From contig CAUZJT010000005.1 in the NCBI GenBank assembly GCA_963580215.1, positions 4,746-68,745 on the forward strand: 64,000 bases of DNA. The letters run 5' to 3'. Positions within the stretch are counted from its first letter, which is position 1; every line of letters begins with the position of its first letter. The notes below the pieces were generated by a model. The model did no database searches. It saw nothing but the letters and a program-made list of their open reading frames with translations, and had not been told where the DNA came from. Shown here one piece after another: positions 42,595 to 52,657 of the stretch. Source of the stretch: Gammaproteobacteria bacterium. Lineage in GTDB: Bacteria > Pseudomonadota > Gammaproteobacteria > Arenicellales > UBA868. The position numbers were made by a program, and so were the translations under genes.

Positions 42595-43545
42595 TTAGGT
42601 ACAGCGTTCCCGAATGTGGCGTGCAGTCATCAGATCCAGATGGCCACCTCCCCCATTTTTGTATATTGTGATTTCGGTTGGGTTGCCACGCCCCGGATGA
42701 CCCGCGCACAACTGATAAAGGTCGGCGAGCACATCCTCTTTCGTTATGACTCCGGCGTTCATTGGAATAAGCAGTTCGCCGATCTCGCCGATAGTGGTTT
42801 GGCGTGAGTCCACGAACAGCCGCCCTTGGCGAAGTGTTTCGTCATCCGCTTCGCGCATGTCTTTGCGAAAAGCGCCAACCAGATCGAGATGGACACCTTG
42901 GCTTAGCCATTCTCCACGAATCAATGGGTCTGTTGTCATGGTGGCACAACAGACAATGTCGGCCCAGGCCACTGCCTCGGCGAGGTTATCAGTGGCTTCT
43001 ACTGGCCGGTCAGCACCCAGTGTCTCGATTAGCGCATCGCGCCTGTTGGCAGAGCGGTTCCAGATCCGGATGTTGTCGATACCTGGGTGCACTGTGCAAT
43101 GTGCCTCGATGAGATAAGGCGCCATGGCGCCCGCGCCGACCATCAGCAGGCGCCGGCAGTCAGGCCGTGCCAACAATCGTGAGCCCAATGCCGAGTCGGC
43201 CGCGGTCTTAAGATAAGTCAGCGCGGTACCGTCAATAGACTGCAAAGGCACGCCAGTAGTTCCATCGAAAAGAATGTATGCCGCGTGGATAGCCGGAAGC
43301 TCAAGTGCCTGGTTTTCGGGGAAGACGCTCGCGATCTTGACCCCCAAGGCCTCGCCGCGTTGCCAGGCAGCCCTGATCAGGCAATAGTCCGTTTCCTTAG
43401 AGCCGGCTTGTTCCAGCAGCATATCCCTAACGTCGGCTGGAGCCTCGCGGTGCATAGCTTCAAGGGCATCGACCAGGGGGCCGAATTTCACAGTTTTGAG
43501 AATCTCCTGTGCGCCCAGGTGAAATTGAGTAGTTGAAACTGACAT
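42595..43545 (-). CDS. Ornithine cyclodeaminase / mu-crystallin family protein
   Basis: GVKIASVFPEN, LTYLKTAADSALG, VGAGAMA and HLDLVGAF....RE.D. Confidence 0.88.
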   Translation of the reverse strand: MSVSTTQFHLGAQEILKTVKFGPLVDALEAMHREAPADVRDMLLEQAGSKETDYCLIRAAWQRGEALGVKIASVFPENQALELPAIHAAYILFDGTTGVPLQSIDGTALTYLKTAADSALGSRLLARPDCRRLLMVGAGAMAPYLIEAHCTVHPGIDNIRIWNRSANRRDALIETLGADRPVEATDNLAEAVAWADIVCCATMTTDPLIRGEWLSQGVHLDLVGAFRKDMREADDETLRQGRLFVDSRQTTIGEIGELLIPMNAGVITKEDVLADLYQLCAGHPGRGNPTEITIYKNGGGGHLDLMTARHIRERCT

Positions 43546-43640
43546 TTTTGTTTTGCCTGAAATGGTCCTCGTAGTTTAGCCTTTAGCTACTGGGCTCGCG
43601 TAGGGCCAAATTCGATTGGCTTGGAGGATGACAGATACTG

Positions 43641-44579
43641 ATGAGTACCGAGCAGCAGACACTGGAGGAACTGGCAAAGCGTGCGGGTATAGTGCTGCTT
43701 TACCACGGCACTTTCAGTTCACCACCAGTCGCGCTTGCGAAAGGTCTGCACAATGTGACGCCTGAACTCCTGTTCCGCCAGTTAGAAACGCTTTCCCGTT
43801 ATTTTCGATTCTTGCCGCTCGACGAATATTGCCTGGCACTAGATCGCACTGGGTTGGCTGCTGTTACTGCGGATGACGGGTATCGCTGTATTACCGATGA
43901 GGCGCTGGGTGTTTTCGAAGCGTTACAGATACCGCTCACGATTTTTGTTAACCGCGCCTTCATGGACGGCGGTATCTTCTGGCGAGACAAGATACGTTTT
44001 ATTATCAATACCAATCGGGTCGCCGAGTTTGAGCATCGTTACTCCGACAAATTCTTTCGCAATCCTGATCAGCCTTTTTATCGCTATACCAAAGATCCGC
44101 GGAACAACAGTCGTGTGGTTGAGAGTGCTTTAGATGATTTCCTGACAGAAGTCGAGTTGCCAGCCGATCTTCAGAGAATCTATACGCCCACCAGTTCGGG
44201 ATTGCTAGCTCATCCGCTGTTGAGCTATGGCAGTCACAGCCTTAACCATTACGTAATGGCATCGCTAAACGAAGCTGACCAGTGGCGCGAAATCGATGAG
44301 AACTGGCGCTTTCTGAACAACTTGCCGGAGATACAGAAAACTTCAATTTTCTCCGTTCCCTTCGGGGGAAACGGCGACTACAATGCCGAGACGATACGCT
44401 TGGCTATGAATGCAGGCCACAGTGGCATGCTCCTGAGTGAGGGTGTTGTAGAGCCCGGAGCGCACTCTGGTTTTGAAGTATTGCCGACGTATCAACGGGT
44501 CATGCTCAGAGGTGATGAAATGGCGACCACATTGCTGCGTGCAGAAAAACGTGGCCGTCAGGCTGAGCGTTCTGATTAA
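43641..44579 (+). CDS. Polysaccharide deacetylase (NodB homology) family protein
   Basis: LLYH, VTADDGY, YGSHSLNH and FSVPFG motifs. Confidence 0.82.
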   Translation: MSTEQQTLEELAKRAGIVLLYHGTFSSPPVALAKGLHNVTPELLFRQLETLSRYFRFLPLDEYCLALDRTGLAAVTADDGYRCITDEALGVFEALQIPLTIFVNRAFMDGGIFWRDKIRFIINTNRVAEFEHRYSDKFFRNPDQPFYRYTKDPRNNSRVVESALDDFLTEVELPADLQRIYTPTSSGLLAHPLLSYGSHSLNHYVMASLNEADQWREIDENWRFLNNLPEIQKTSIFSVPFGGNGDYNAETIRLAMNAGHSGMLLSEGVVEPGAHSGFEVLPTYQRVMLRGDEMATTLLRAEKRGRQAERSD

Positions 44580-44615
44580 AGTAGGATGCATCGAGCCGAG
44601 TAGCAGGGGGCAAAG

Positions 44616-46172
44616 ATGAGAGGAAAGTCCAACCGGATGGGTGGCAGGGTAGCGCGACAGGCGTTGCGTGCGGCACCGATACCCGAAGACGAAAAACCAG
44701 TGCGCCCGGGACAATCTGGCGGGCGCTATCAGCCGTTAACGCAGGATGAGGTCAGCCGTATCCACGAAGCGGCGCTCGAGGTCCTTGAGACTATCGGCTT
44801 CGCCAATGCCTTGCCCTCTTGCGTTGATCTGGTGACTCAGGCCGGCGGCTCGTTGACGGACGATGGCCGGTTACTTTTTCCCCGCTCGCTAATCGAAGAT
44901 ACCTTGGCCCGCTGCGCGCGCAATATCACGCTATATGGGCAGGATTCCCGTTTCGATCTGCATCTGAGTGGCAGCCGTACCTATTTTGGCACTGCGGGCG
45001 CGGCCGTGCATGTGGTCGATACGGTCAAGCGCGAGTACCGCGAATCCACAGCTCAGGACCTATACGATGCCGCGCGTATTGTTGACCAGATGGAGCATAT
45101 TCATTTTTTTCAACGCTCCATGGTGTTGCGCGATATCGAAGACCCGGCCGAGATGGATTTCAATACATGTTACGCGGCGGTTGCCGGTACCAGTAAACAT
45201 GTGGGTACCAGTTTTGTGGACCCTGCACATGTCGATCAGGCTATGCAAATGCTGGAGATGATCGCGGGCAGCGAGCAGGCATGGCGTGAACGACCTTTTG
45301 TCAGTTGCTCGTGTTGCTTTGTTGTTCCGCCAATGCGTTTTGCCGAAGACGCCTGCCGGGTGCTAGAAGCTTGCGTCCGTCACGGTATGCCCGTGCTGCT
45401 GCTGGCAGCTGGCCAGGCTGGTGCGACCAGCCCTGCATCACTGGCGGGTGCCGTGGTGCAGGAAGTGGCTGAGGTCCTGGGGGGGCTGGTCTATGTCAAT
45501 CTGCTTCAACCGGGCCATCCGTGCATTTTTGGCACCTGGCCTTTTGTTTCTGATCTGCGCACGGGGGCGATGAGTGGCGGCAGTGGTGAGCAGGCAGTGC
45601 TGATGGCGGCCTGCGGCCAGATGGGGCGCTATTATGATCTGCCCACAGGCATTGCCGCAGGCATGGCTGATGCCAAACTGCCAGATGCGCAGTCCGGTTA
45701 CGAGAAGGCCTATACCAATGTGTTAGCCGGACACAGCGGTACTAATCTGGTCTACGAGGCTGCTGGAATGCACGCCAGTCTACTGGGTTGTTGCCTTGAG
45801 AGTTATGTCATTGACAACGATATGCTGGGTGCCATCAACCGTACCATTCGTGGCATTGAGGTGACCGACGAGTCACTATCGATAGATGCGATTCGGGAGG
45901 TCTGTATCGGAGGGCCAAGCCATTTTCTGGGGCACAGTCAGACTAGGGCGTTAATGCAACGCGATTACGTGTACCCCGAGGTGAGTGATCGCCTGAGTCC
46001 CAAGGAGTGGAACGAGAAAGGCCGCCCAGACCTGCTCGAAAATGCCCGCCAACGAGTGGCACAGATTCTTAGCGCTCCTAGACCGGTGCATATCCCGACG
46101 GCTCTTGATGAGGCTATTCGTGCACAATTTCCGGTGCGCTTACCGGCAGAAAATATGGGCGCAATCGAATAG
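44616..46172 (+). CDS. Trimethylamine methyltransferase (MttB) family, non-pyrrolysine
   Basis: IHEAALEVLETIG, AGATSPASLAG, DLRTGAMSGGSGE and DAKLPDAQSGYEK; no in-frame amber codon. Confidence 0.9.
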   Translation: MRGKSNRMGGRVARQALRAAPIPEDEKPVRPGQSGGRYQPLTQDEVSRIHEAALEVLETIGFANALPSCVDLVTQAGGSLTDDGRLLFPRSLIEDTLARCARNITLYGQDSRFDLHLSGSRTYFGTAGAAVHVVDTVKREYRESTAQDLYDAARIVDQMEHIHFFQRSMVLRDIEDPAEMDFNTCYAAVAGTSKHVGTSFVDPAHVDQAMQMLEMIAGSEQAWRERPFVSCSCCFVVPPMRFAEDACRVLEACVRHGMPVLLLAAGQAGATSPASLAGAVVQEVAEVLGGLVYVNLLQPGHPCIFGTWPFVSDLRTGAMSGGSGEQAVLMAACGQMGRYYDLPTGIAAGMADAKLPDAQSGYEKAYTNVLAGHSGTNLVYEAAGMHASLLGCCLESYVIDNDMLGAINRTIRGIEVTDESLSIDAIREVCIGGPSHFLGHSQTRALMQRDYVYPEVSDRLSPKEWNEKGRPDLLENARQRVAQILSAPRPVHIPTALDEAIRAQFPVRLPAENMGAIE

Positions 46173-46237
46173 CCTGACTCTTAAGATGGCGACATCCAGC
46201 GCTAACGAGCGGTATTGGCTCGTGTAGTCAAAAAACG

Positions 46238-46879
46238 CTAAGGCGCAAGACGTTCTACCTGCCAGTGTCCGTTGGTGTCGCGACTGTAGAGGAAGCGATC
46301 GTGCATGCGGTCAGCCTGACCCTGCCAGAATTCAACTGTTTCTGGCTCGAGTCGGTAGCCTCCCCAGAAACTGGGAAGTGGTATTTCGCCGTCGGAGAAT
46401 TTGTTTTTCATTTCATGTAGCTTGGATTCGAGCACGGATCGCGCTGAAATCACACTGCTTTGAGCTGATGTCCAGGCGCCTAACTGGCTGCCGCGGCTAC
46501 GGCTTAGGAAGTATTTCAGTGACTCGGTGCTTGAGATACGAGTGACCGGGCCATTGGCAATGACCTGTCGCCCCTGGCGGGTCCATGGAAACAGCATTGA
46601 GCCGAAGGGGTTCTCACTAAGATCACAGGCCTTACGGCTGCCATAGTTCGTAAAAAAGATAAAGCCAGATTCATCGTAGAGTTTGAGCAACACCGTACGC
46701 ACACTCGGACGTCCTGCTGAAGAGGCAGTGGCTAGACTGAGGGCATTGGGCGCTTCTGGATCGATGGTGCAGGCTTGTGAAAACCACGACTCGAACTGTG
46801 CCATGGGCTCACTCTCGAGCAAAGCCGGATCCAACGGCTCGCGTGAGAAATCCTCACGAATGTAATCAGGGGGCCTCAT
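46238..46879 (-). CDS. pdxH: Pyridoxine/pyridoxamine 5'-phosphate oxidase
   Basis: RTVLLK, FFTNYGSRK, WGGYR and EFWQG...RMHDR. Confidence 0.95.
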   Translation of the reverse strand: MRPPDYIREDFSREPLDPALLESEPMAQFESWFSQACTIDPEAPNALSLATASSAGRPSVRTVLLKLYDESGFIFFTNYGSRKACDLSENPFGSMLFPWTRQGRQVIANGPVTRISSTESLKYFLSRSRGSQLGAWTSAQSSVISARSVLESKLHEMKNKFSDGEIPLPSFWGGYRLEPETVEFWQGQADRMHDRFLYSRDTNGHWQVERLAP

Positions 46880-46910
46880 AAATACAGTTGGTCCTGGGCG
46901 GTGTGGATTG

Positions 46911-47993
46911 TCAGTCGATCAGCGCGGGCTGTCCGTTGCGGCTGACCGATTGATCGTAACTCCAAATATCAATATCGAAACCTTGCTCTTGCAAGTGTTC
47001 CACGTATGTTCCCAGGTAGCGTTGGAAGCTGGGTTCATGCTCGTAAGCGCGATCGTTGACGTAGCGCATAATGCCTTGAGTGTGAAAAGTGCGAAAGGCC
47101 CCATCAAGGCGCATTATCTCGACGCCCTTGGCGTTAAAGAATACCACCGTGGGTGCGAATTGCACATTCAGTTCTTGGGCAAATGTCCGTGCACTCAGCT
47201 TGCGTCCATCTGGCGTGATCAGGTGGGTGTTGGACCACATGTCAAGCTGGATCGCGCGCATCTTTTTGGCTTGGGTGCGCACAATCGGCTGTGACAGCAG
47301 TTGCTGGTGCAGTGTGTCACACTCACGGCATTGACCCTGTTCGAAATAGACGGCGAGCGCCCGCCCACTTTGTAGCGACAGGTCATAAGGCGGTGCTTCA
47401 AAAAATTCTTCAGTGTGCAGAGCAGTGTTGGCCGAACCGCCTGCCTGGTTTTCCAGGTAGTCAGCGAAGATGCCGTGTTTTTCTCCTTGGTTACCTGCAT
47501 ACGCCAGTGCTTTACGAAAATCGTCCGGTGGATAATAGCCGTTTAGGCGCAGTATGACCTTGCGCGTCTCATCGAAGAACAGCAATGTCGGGGTGTATTG
47601 CACCTTGAGTGCGGCCGCGAGAGTTTTCTCGCTAAATTCTCGCCCCCCCACCTGGATGATTTCCCGGTCACCCCACATATTGATCGCTACCAGGTCAAAA
47701 TCCTCACGCATCGTCTGGGTGATATCACGCTGGGTGAAGTTGTGCTCGACCAGGGCATTGCAGTAGGGGCAGCCTGCTTGCCAGAAATACAGTACCAGGC
47801 GCTTACCTTCGGTCGTGGCCTGGGCGATATCCTCTTCGAAATCTAGAAAACTCTCCTTGAACCATGTGGGATGTGTCGTCTCCATCGCCCCCATAAACGT
47901 GCCTAGACTGTTTTCCTCGGCATGGGTCCCGGGTAAGAGTAATGCTAGGATTATTGCAGCACAGCAGGTGAAAAGGCGAGGTCGGGTGAGCAT
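46911..47993 (-). CDS. Exported tandem-thioredoxin protein (SoxW-like)
   Basis: Signal peptide and two thioredoxin domains with CPYC and CREC; V.YTPT and V.FAPT cis-Pro loops. Confidence 0.8.
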   Translation of the reverse strand: MLTRPRLFTCCAAIILALLLPGTHAEENSLGTFMGAMETTHPTWFKESFLDFEEDIAQATTEGKRLVLYFWQAGCPYCNALVEHNFTQRDITQTMREDFDLVAINMWGDREIIQVGGREFSEKTLAAALKVQYTPTLLFFDETRKVILRLNGYYPPDDFRKALAYAGNQGEKHGIFADYLENQAGGSANTALHTEEFFEAPPYDLSLQSGRALAVYFEQGQCRECDTLHQQLLSQPIVRTQAKKMRAIQLDMWSNTHLITPDGRKLSARTFAQELNVQFAPTVVFFNAKGVEIMRLDGAFRTFHTQGIMRYVNDRAYEHEPSFQRYLGTYVEHLQEQGFDIDIWSYDQSVSRNGQPALID

Positions 47994-48010
47994 GGTGTTT
48001 TTATCCGCTA

Positions 48011-49528
48011 TCAGGCGACACGTACCGGAAACGATTCAATTTTCTTGCGCCATAGACGGGGCCCTTCCTGATGTACTGAGGCGCCGGTACTATCGACTGC
48101 GACTGTTACGGGCATATCTTGGATCTCGAACTCATAGATGGCCTCCATTCCCAGATCTTCAAAAGCCACGACCCGTGATGCCTGGATAGCACGAGAAACC
48201 AGATAGGCGGCGCCGCCTACCGCGATTAGATAAACACTGCCATGACGACGAATCGCCTCTATCGCATCTGGTCCGCGCTCGGCCTTGCCAATCATTCCGG
48301 CGAGGCCAGTGTGTTCCAACAGGGTATCGGTAAACTTATCCATTCGGGTGGAGGTGGTCGGTCCGGCCGGGCCAACGACTTCATCACCTACCGGGTCCAC
48401 TGGCCCAACGTAATAGATGAACCGGCCATTAAGATCCACGCCCTCAGGCAGCGCTTCACCGGTTTGAATACAATCTGCGATCCGCTTGTGAGCAGCGTCA
48501 CGTCCGGTCAGGATACGCCCGCTCAGTAGCAGGGTTTCACCGATACGCCAGGATCGGTAATCCTCTGGGGTCAGCGTATCCAGGTTAACTCGCCGTCCGC
48601 CAGTCTGTGCGGCGATCTGTGGCCAGTTTGCCAGGTCAACCGTGGGTAACTTTGCTGGTCCACTGCCATCCAGAGTGATGTGGATATGTCGGGTTGCCGC
48701 ACAATTGGGAATCATCGCTACCGGCAGTGAGGCAGCATGCGTTGGGTACTCCAGAATCTTGACGTCCAACACAGTGGTCAGCCCACCGAGCCCCTGCGCC
48801 CCAATGCCCAGACGGTTGACCGACTCATAAATATTAAGGCGTAACTGCTCAATGGGGTTCTTGGGCCCATCGGCGATAATTTGGTCGATATTGATGGGTG
48901 CCATCAGCGATTCCTTGGCAAGCAGCAGTGCTTTTTCCGGGGTACCGCCAATACCCAGGCCCAGGATACCCGGCGGGCACCAGCCGGCGCCCATACCAGG
49001 CAGGGTATCGGTTACCCACTGTGTCAGATCATCGCTGGGGTTAAGCATACCCAGGCGCGCCTTGTTCTCCGAGCCTCCCCCTTTGGCCGCAACAGTTATC
49101 TCAAGTGTATCGCCCGTTACCATCTCGATATGGACCACGGCGGGGGTATTGTCCCCGGTATTTCGTCTTTCACCTATTGGCGGGGATACCACCGAAGCTC
49201 GTAGTGGATTGTCGGGGTCGGTGTAGGCCTGGCGTACGCCTTCATCGATTGCGTTCTGCAAAGAGATGTCACCATCAATAACCACCGACTGGCCAATTTT
49301 GATGAATACAACGACGATCCCGGTATCCTGGCACATCGGCCTGTGACCTTCGGCAGCCATGCGCGAGTTGATTAGTATCTGTCCGATCGCATTCTTTGCA
49401 GATTCCGAAGCCTCACGCTCGTAAGCCCGAGACATGGACTCGATAAAATCCGGTGGATGATAGTAAGAAATGTACTGCAGTGCGTTTGCTACGCTGGCAG
49501 TGATATGGTTGGTTGATATGTGTGTCAT
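48011..49528 (-). CDS. Class I (Fe-S) fumarate hydratase
   Basis: RPMCQDTG, KGGGSEN, GWCPPG, TGRDAAHKR and GPTTSTRMD. Confidence 0.93.
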   Translation of the reverse strand: MTHISTNHITASVANALQYISYYHPPDFIESMSRAYEREASESAKNAIGQILINSRMAAEGHRPMCQDTGIVVVFIKIGQSVVIDGDISLQNAIDEGVRQAYTDPDNPLRASVVSPPIGERRNTGDNTPAVVHIEMVTGDTLEITVAAKGGGSENKARLGMLNPSDDLTQWVTDTLPGMGAGWCPPGILGLGIGGTPEKALLLAKESLMAPINIDQIIADGPKNPIEQLRLNIYESVNRLGIGAQGLGGLTTVLDVKILEYPTHAASLPVAMIPNCAATRHIHITLDGSGPAKLPTVDLANWPQIAAQTGGRRVNLDTLTPEDYRSWRIGETLLLSGRILTGRDAAHKRIADCIQTGEALPEGVDLNGRFIYYVGPVDPVGDEVVGPAGPTTSTRMDKFTDTLLEHTGLAGMIGKAERGPDAIEAIRRHGSVYLIAVGGAAYLVSRAIQASRVVAFEDLGMEAIYEFEIQDMPVTVAVDSTGASVHQEGPRLWRKKIESFPVRVA

Positions 49529-49753
49529 GGCGGGGGCTGATAGAGGCCTTAGAACCAAGGCAGGCAGATCTCAATGGACGCAAGTGTAGCAAAGGCGCCT
49601 ATTTTTTGACTGAAAAAGCCCTGCGCGTACCCAGGGCATTCCCGATCGCAGCGCAAATTGATAGCATAGGGGCCTGGAAACCTCTCCTAGGCTCGAGTAT
49701 GGCCCTTTTGGGGGTTTTGCGAACCTGCCACTACCCTAGACCCAGAAAAAATT

Positions 49754-52642
49754 ATGCCTGATCGGCTGAACCGGGGAATACTGTATTTGATGATCTGTGC
49801 GCTCGGCACAGGTCTTCTCGCATCACCATCGGTGCGCGCTTTTGTTGAGGTTAAGCAGCACACCATGCAGTGTAGTGCGACTTTTCCCTGCCCACGCGAA
49901 TTGCAGGACCGGGTGAATTTCTGGATCGATATCTACAGCCGCTGGAACAGCCAAGATTCGGTATTACATGATGCGCGTGCCCCGCACCGTGTCTACAAGG
50001 TTTTCAAGGAGCGCGCCTGTGGACGCAAGGGCAATACACCTTTTATCAAGGACCAGAAAAAGCGTGTTGCTGGGGAGATGCATAACCTTGCGCGCCAGCT
50101 TGAGCGTAAATACCGAGTCAGCAGTGCCTACGGTAAGCATCTGCTGACATTGTTTCCAGATCGTTCACCGGCTGAGATTCGCGAGGCGGCAACAAATATC
50201 CGCTGTCAGTCTGGCAACCGTAATGGTTTTCAGGCTGCATTGCGCCGCTTTGGCACCTATGGTCCGCTGGTGCGTCGAGTTCTTAAAGATGCCGGTCTGC
50301 CTAGCGATATTCAGTACCTGCCGTTTGTGGAGTCATCCTATAACCCTAAGGCCTACTCGCGAGTGGGCGCTGCCGGGCTGTGGCAGATTATGCCCGCTAC
50401 TGGACGCACGCTTGGGCTCGAACTGAATGCCACAGTCGACGAGCGTCTAGACCCTGAGGCAGCAAGTTGGGCTGCAGCGCGTTATCTCAAGGATGCCCGC
50501 AAGACTCTGACGGTGGCAGCGCAAGCCAAGGACCCAAAGGTAACTGATAGTGCGCTCAGTCCATTTGTGATCACCTCGTATAACTACGGCGTTAATGGTA
50601 TGCGCCGAGCGATCAAAAAACTGGGGCCTGATTACATCCGAGTGATTAACCGTTATCGCTCGAGCAAGTTTCAGGTGGCAGTAAAGAATTTTTATGCAGG
50701 GTTTCTGGCGGCTCGATATGTGGCTCGCAACGCCAAGCGTTTTTTTGGAGACATTCAGCCGGATCGACCCTTGACTTACCGTACCTTGAAACTTAAAAGG
50801 CCGGTGTCTATTGCGCGAATCCAGAGTGTATTTGGTCTTAGTGAGGCGCAACTAAAATCGCTAAACCCCGCGTTAACCCGTTTTGTCTGGCATGGCTGGC
50901 GTTTTGTTCCCAATGGTTACCGCTTGCGCTTACCACCGCGCTCGGGCAGTTGGGCTAACCACGTGGCGCGGTTGCGTATGATGCCATCAGAAACACGAGG
51001 CCACGGGGTATTGGAATACACGGTACGCTCGGGTGATACTGCTTGTGGCATCGCAGCCGCCTTTCGAACCAATTGTTCTGAGCTGATGGCGCTTAATGGC
51101 CTCGGCTCAAGCGCGGTTATCCGTGCTGGTCAGAAACTGCAGGTGCCTCCGGCTGGCCGACCGCGCAGCACGGTGGCGCAACGAGGGGTCTACGTGGTAC
51201 GCCCAGGTGACAGCGTGTGCGCAGTGGCCCAGCGTTTTGGAGCTGATTGCGATGATCTGCTGGCAGCAAATGGATTGCACCGAGGCTCGGTCCTTGCGGT
51301 AGGTTCCCAACTACTGATTCCGGGTACGCTGAAGCGTCCGCCAGGTGGGCGCTATACCGTAGGCAAAGGCGACAATGTTTGCAGTATCGCCAATCGCCAC
51401 GGTATTGACTGTAACGCGTTGCTAACGGCAAATGGCTTGGCAGGTGGTGACCTGATTCATCCTGGTCAGACGCTGACAATTCCTGACGCGACAGGGGCTA
51501 AAGCCACCCCAGTGAAGAAGCCCGCTTTGGCAGATGTGGCCCGTATCAGCATTGCCTATAAGGTGGTAGCAGGCGACAGCGCCTGTCACATCGCGGCCCG
51601 ATTGGAGATCTCATGTCGGCGATTAATCTTCGACAATGCATTGGGCGCTGATGCGATCATTCAACCGGGACAGGTCTTGCAGGTGGCGGGTGTCTCGGTC
51701 GAGGTGGCCCGTTCAATCGCTGCTGCGACGCCGGCTGATGATGTTGCCACGCAAAAGCCCTTTGAGTACATCGTCACCGTTGGGGATACGGTTTGCGCTA
51801 TTGCCAAAACACATGATATCGACTGCAACCGCCTGCTTGCGTTTAATAACCTCAAAGTTAGCGCAGTGATTGCGCCGGGCGATAAGTTGAAAATTCCTGG
51901 CAAAAAGCCTATAGAAAATAACACTATATCGGCCAGCGTAGCCGAGCCGGTAATGTTGGCTTCGGCAGTGCCTTTGTCTGGGGATGTTGCAGGTTCAGCT
52001 GCAAAGGCAGATACCCAGGGAACCATTGCGACTGAAGGAGTTACCGATTCTGGCTGGCCGAAGAACTCGCAAAACCCAAGTGTTAACACTTCGACTCTGT
52101 TACTTGATACCACTAAACTAAGCGATGGCCCGTCCGGCCCGACACCGACCTTGGCCCAAGGGGGGGTATCTGTGAGTCCGCTGGACCGACCAGTTGATCT
52201 GTCCGTACAAACAGCTGGGGTCAATGGCAAAACGGTGTACCGCATCAACATCGAGCCGGAGGAGACGCTGGGTCATTACTCTGATTGGTTGCGCCTGGGT
52301 GGGGTAAAGAAACTGCGCGAGCTAAATGGTTATGATTCGACACGGGTGCTGGCGAGTGGAGATGCGCTGCTATTACCGGTGACTGGGTCGGATCAGCAAC
52401 ATTCCTTTGAGCGTCGCCGGGAAGAATATCACCGAGTGCTTGTCGAGGAGTTCAAGGAAAACTTTGAGGTGACAGGCACTGCGGCCTATACCGTACGTCC
52501 TGGAGACAGCTTGTGGATGCTGGCCCACGAGTTTGAATTGCCGATCTGGGTAATCACCCGTTTTAATCCGGGTTTACGCGCGGGGCCTCCGCGTGCGGGC
52601 GAAGATCTGCAGATTCCACGTATCCGCTCCCGCCAAGGCTAA
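49754..52642 (+). CDS. MltD-like lytic transglycosylase with multiple LysM domains
   Basis: SLT motifs LPFVESSYNP..AAGLWQIMPATG and SYNYG, followed by at least 6 LysM repeats. Confidence 0.88.
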   Translation: MPDRLNRGILYLMICALGTGLLASPSVRAFVEVKQHTMQCSATFPCPRELQDRVNFWIDIYSRWNSQDSVLHDARAPHRVYKVFKERACGRKGNTPFIKDQKKRVAGEMHNLARQLERKYRVSSAYGKHLLTLFPDRSPAEIREAATNIRCQSGNRNGFQAALRRFGTYGPLVRRVLKDAGLPSDIQYLPFVESSYNPKAYSRVGAAGLWQIMPATGRTLGLELNATVDERLDPEAASWAAARYLKDARKTLTVAAQAKDPKVTDSALSPFVITSYNYGVNGMRRAIKKLGPDYIRVINRYRSSKFQVAVKNFYAGFLAARYVARNAKRFFGDIQPDRPLTYRTLKLKRPVSIARIQSVFGLSEAQLKSLNPALTRFVWHGWRFVPNGYRLRLPPRSGSWANHVARLRMMPSETRGHGVLEYTVRSGDTACGIAAAFRTNCSELMALNGLGSSAVIRAGQKLQVPPAGRPRSTVAQRGVYVVRPGDSVCAVAQRFGADCDDLLAANGLHRGSVLAVGSQLLIPGTLKRPPGGRYTVGKGDNVCSIANRHGIDCNALLTANGLAGGDLIHPGQTLTIPDATGAKATPVKKPALADVARISIAYKVVAGDSACHIAARLEISCRRLIFDNALGADAIIQPGQVLQVAGVSVEVARSIAAATPADDVATQKPFEYIVTVGDTVCAIAKTHDIDCNRLLAFNNLKVSAVIAPGDKLKIPGKKPIENNTISASVAEPVMLASAVPLSGDVAGSAAKADTQGTIATEGVTDSGWPKNSQNPSVNTSTLLLDTTKLSDGPSGPTPTLAQGGVSVSPLDRPVDLSVQTAGVNGKTVYRINIEPEETLGHYSDWLRLGGVKKLRELNGYDSTRVLASGDALLLPVTGSDQQHSFERRREEYHRVLVEEFKENFEVTGTAAYTVRPGDSLWMLAHEFELPIWVITRFNPGLRAGPPRAGEDLQIPRIRSRQG

Positions 52643-52657
52643 GCGCGAGCGTGCGTT

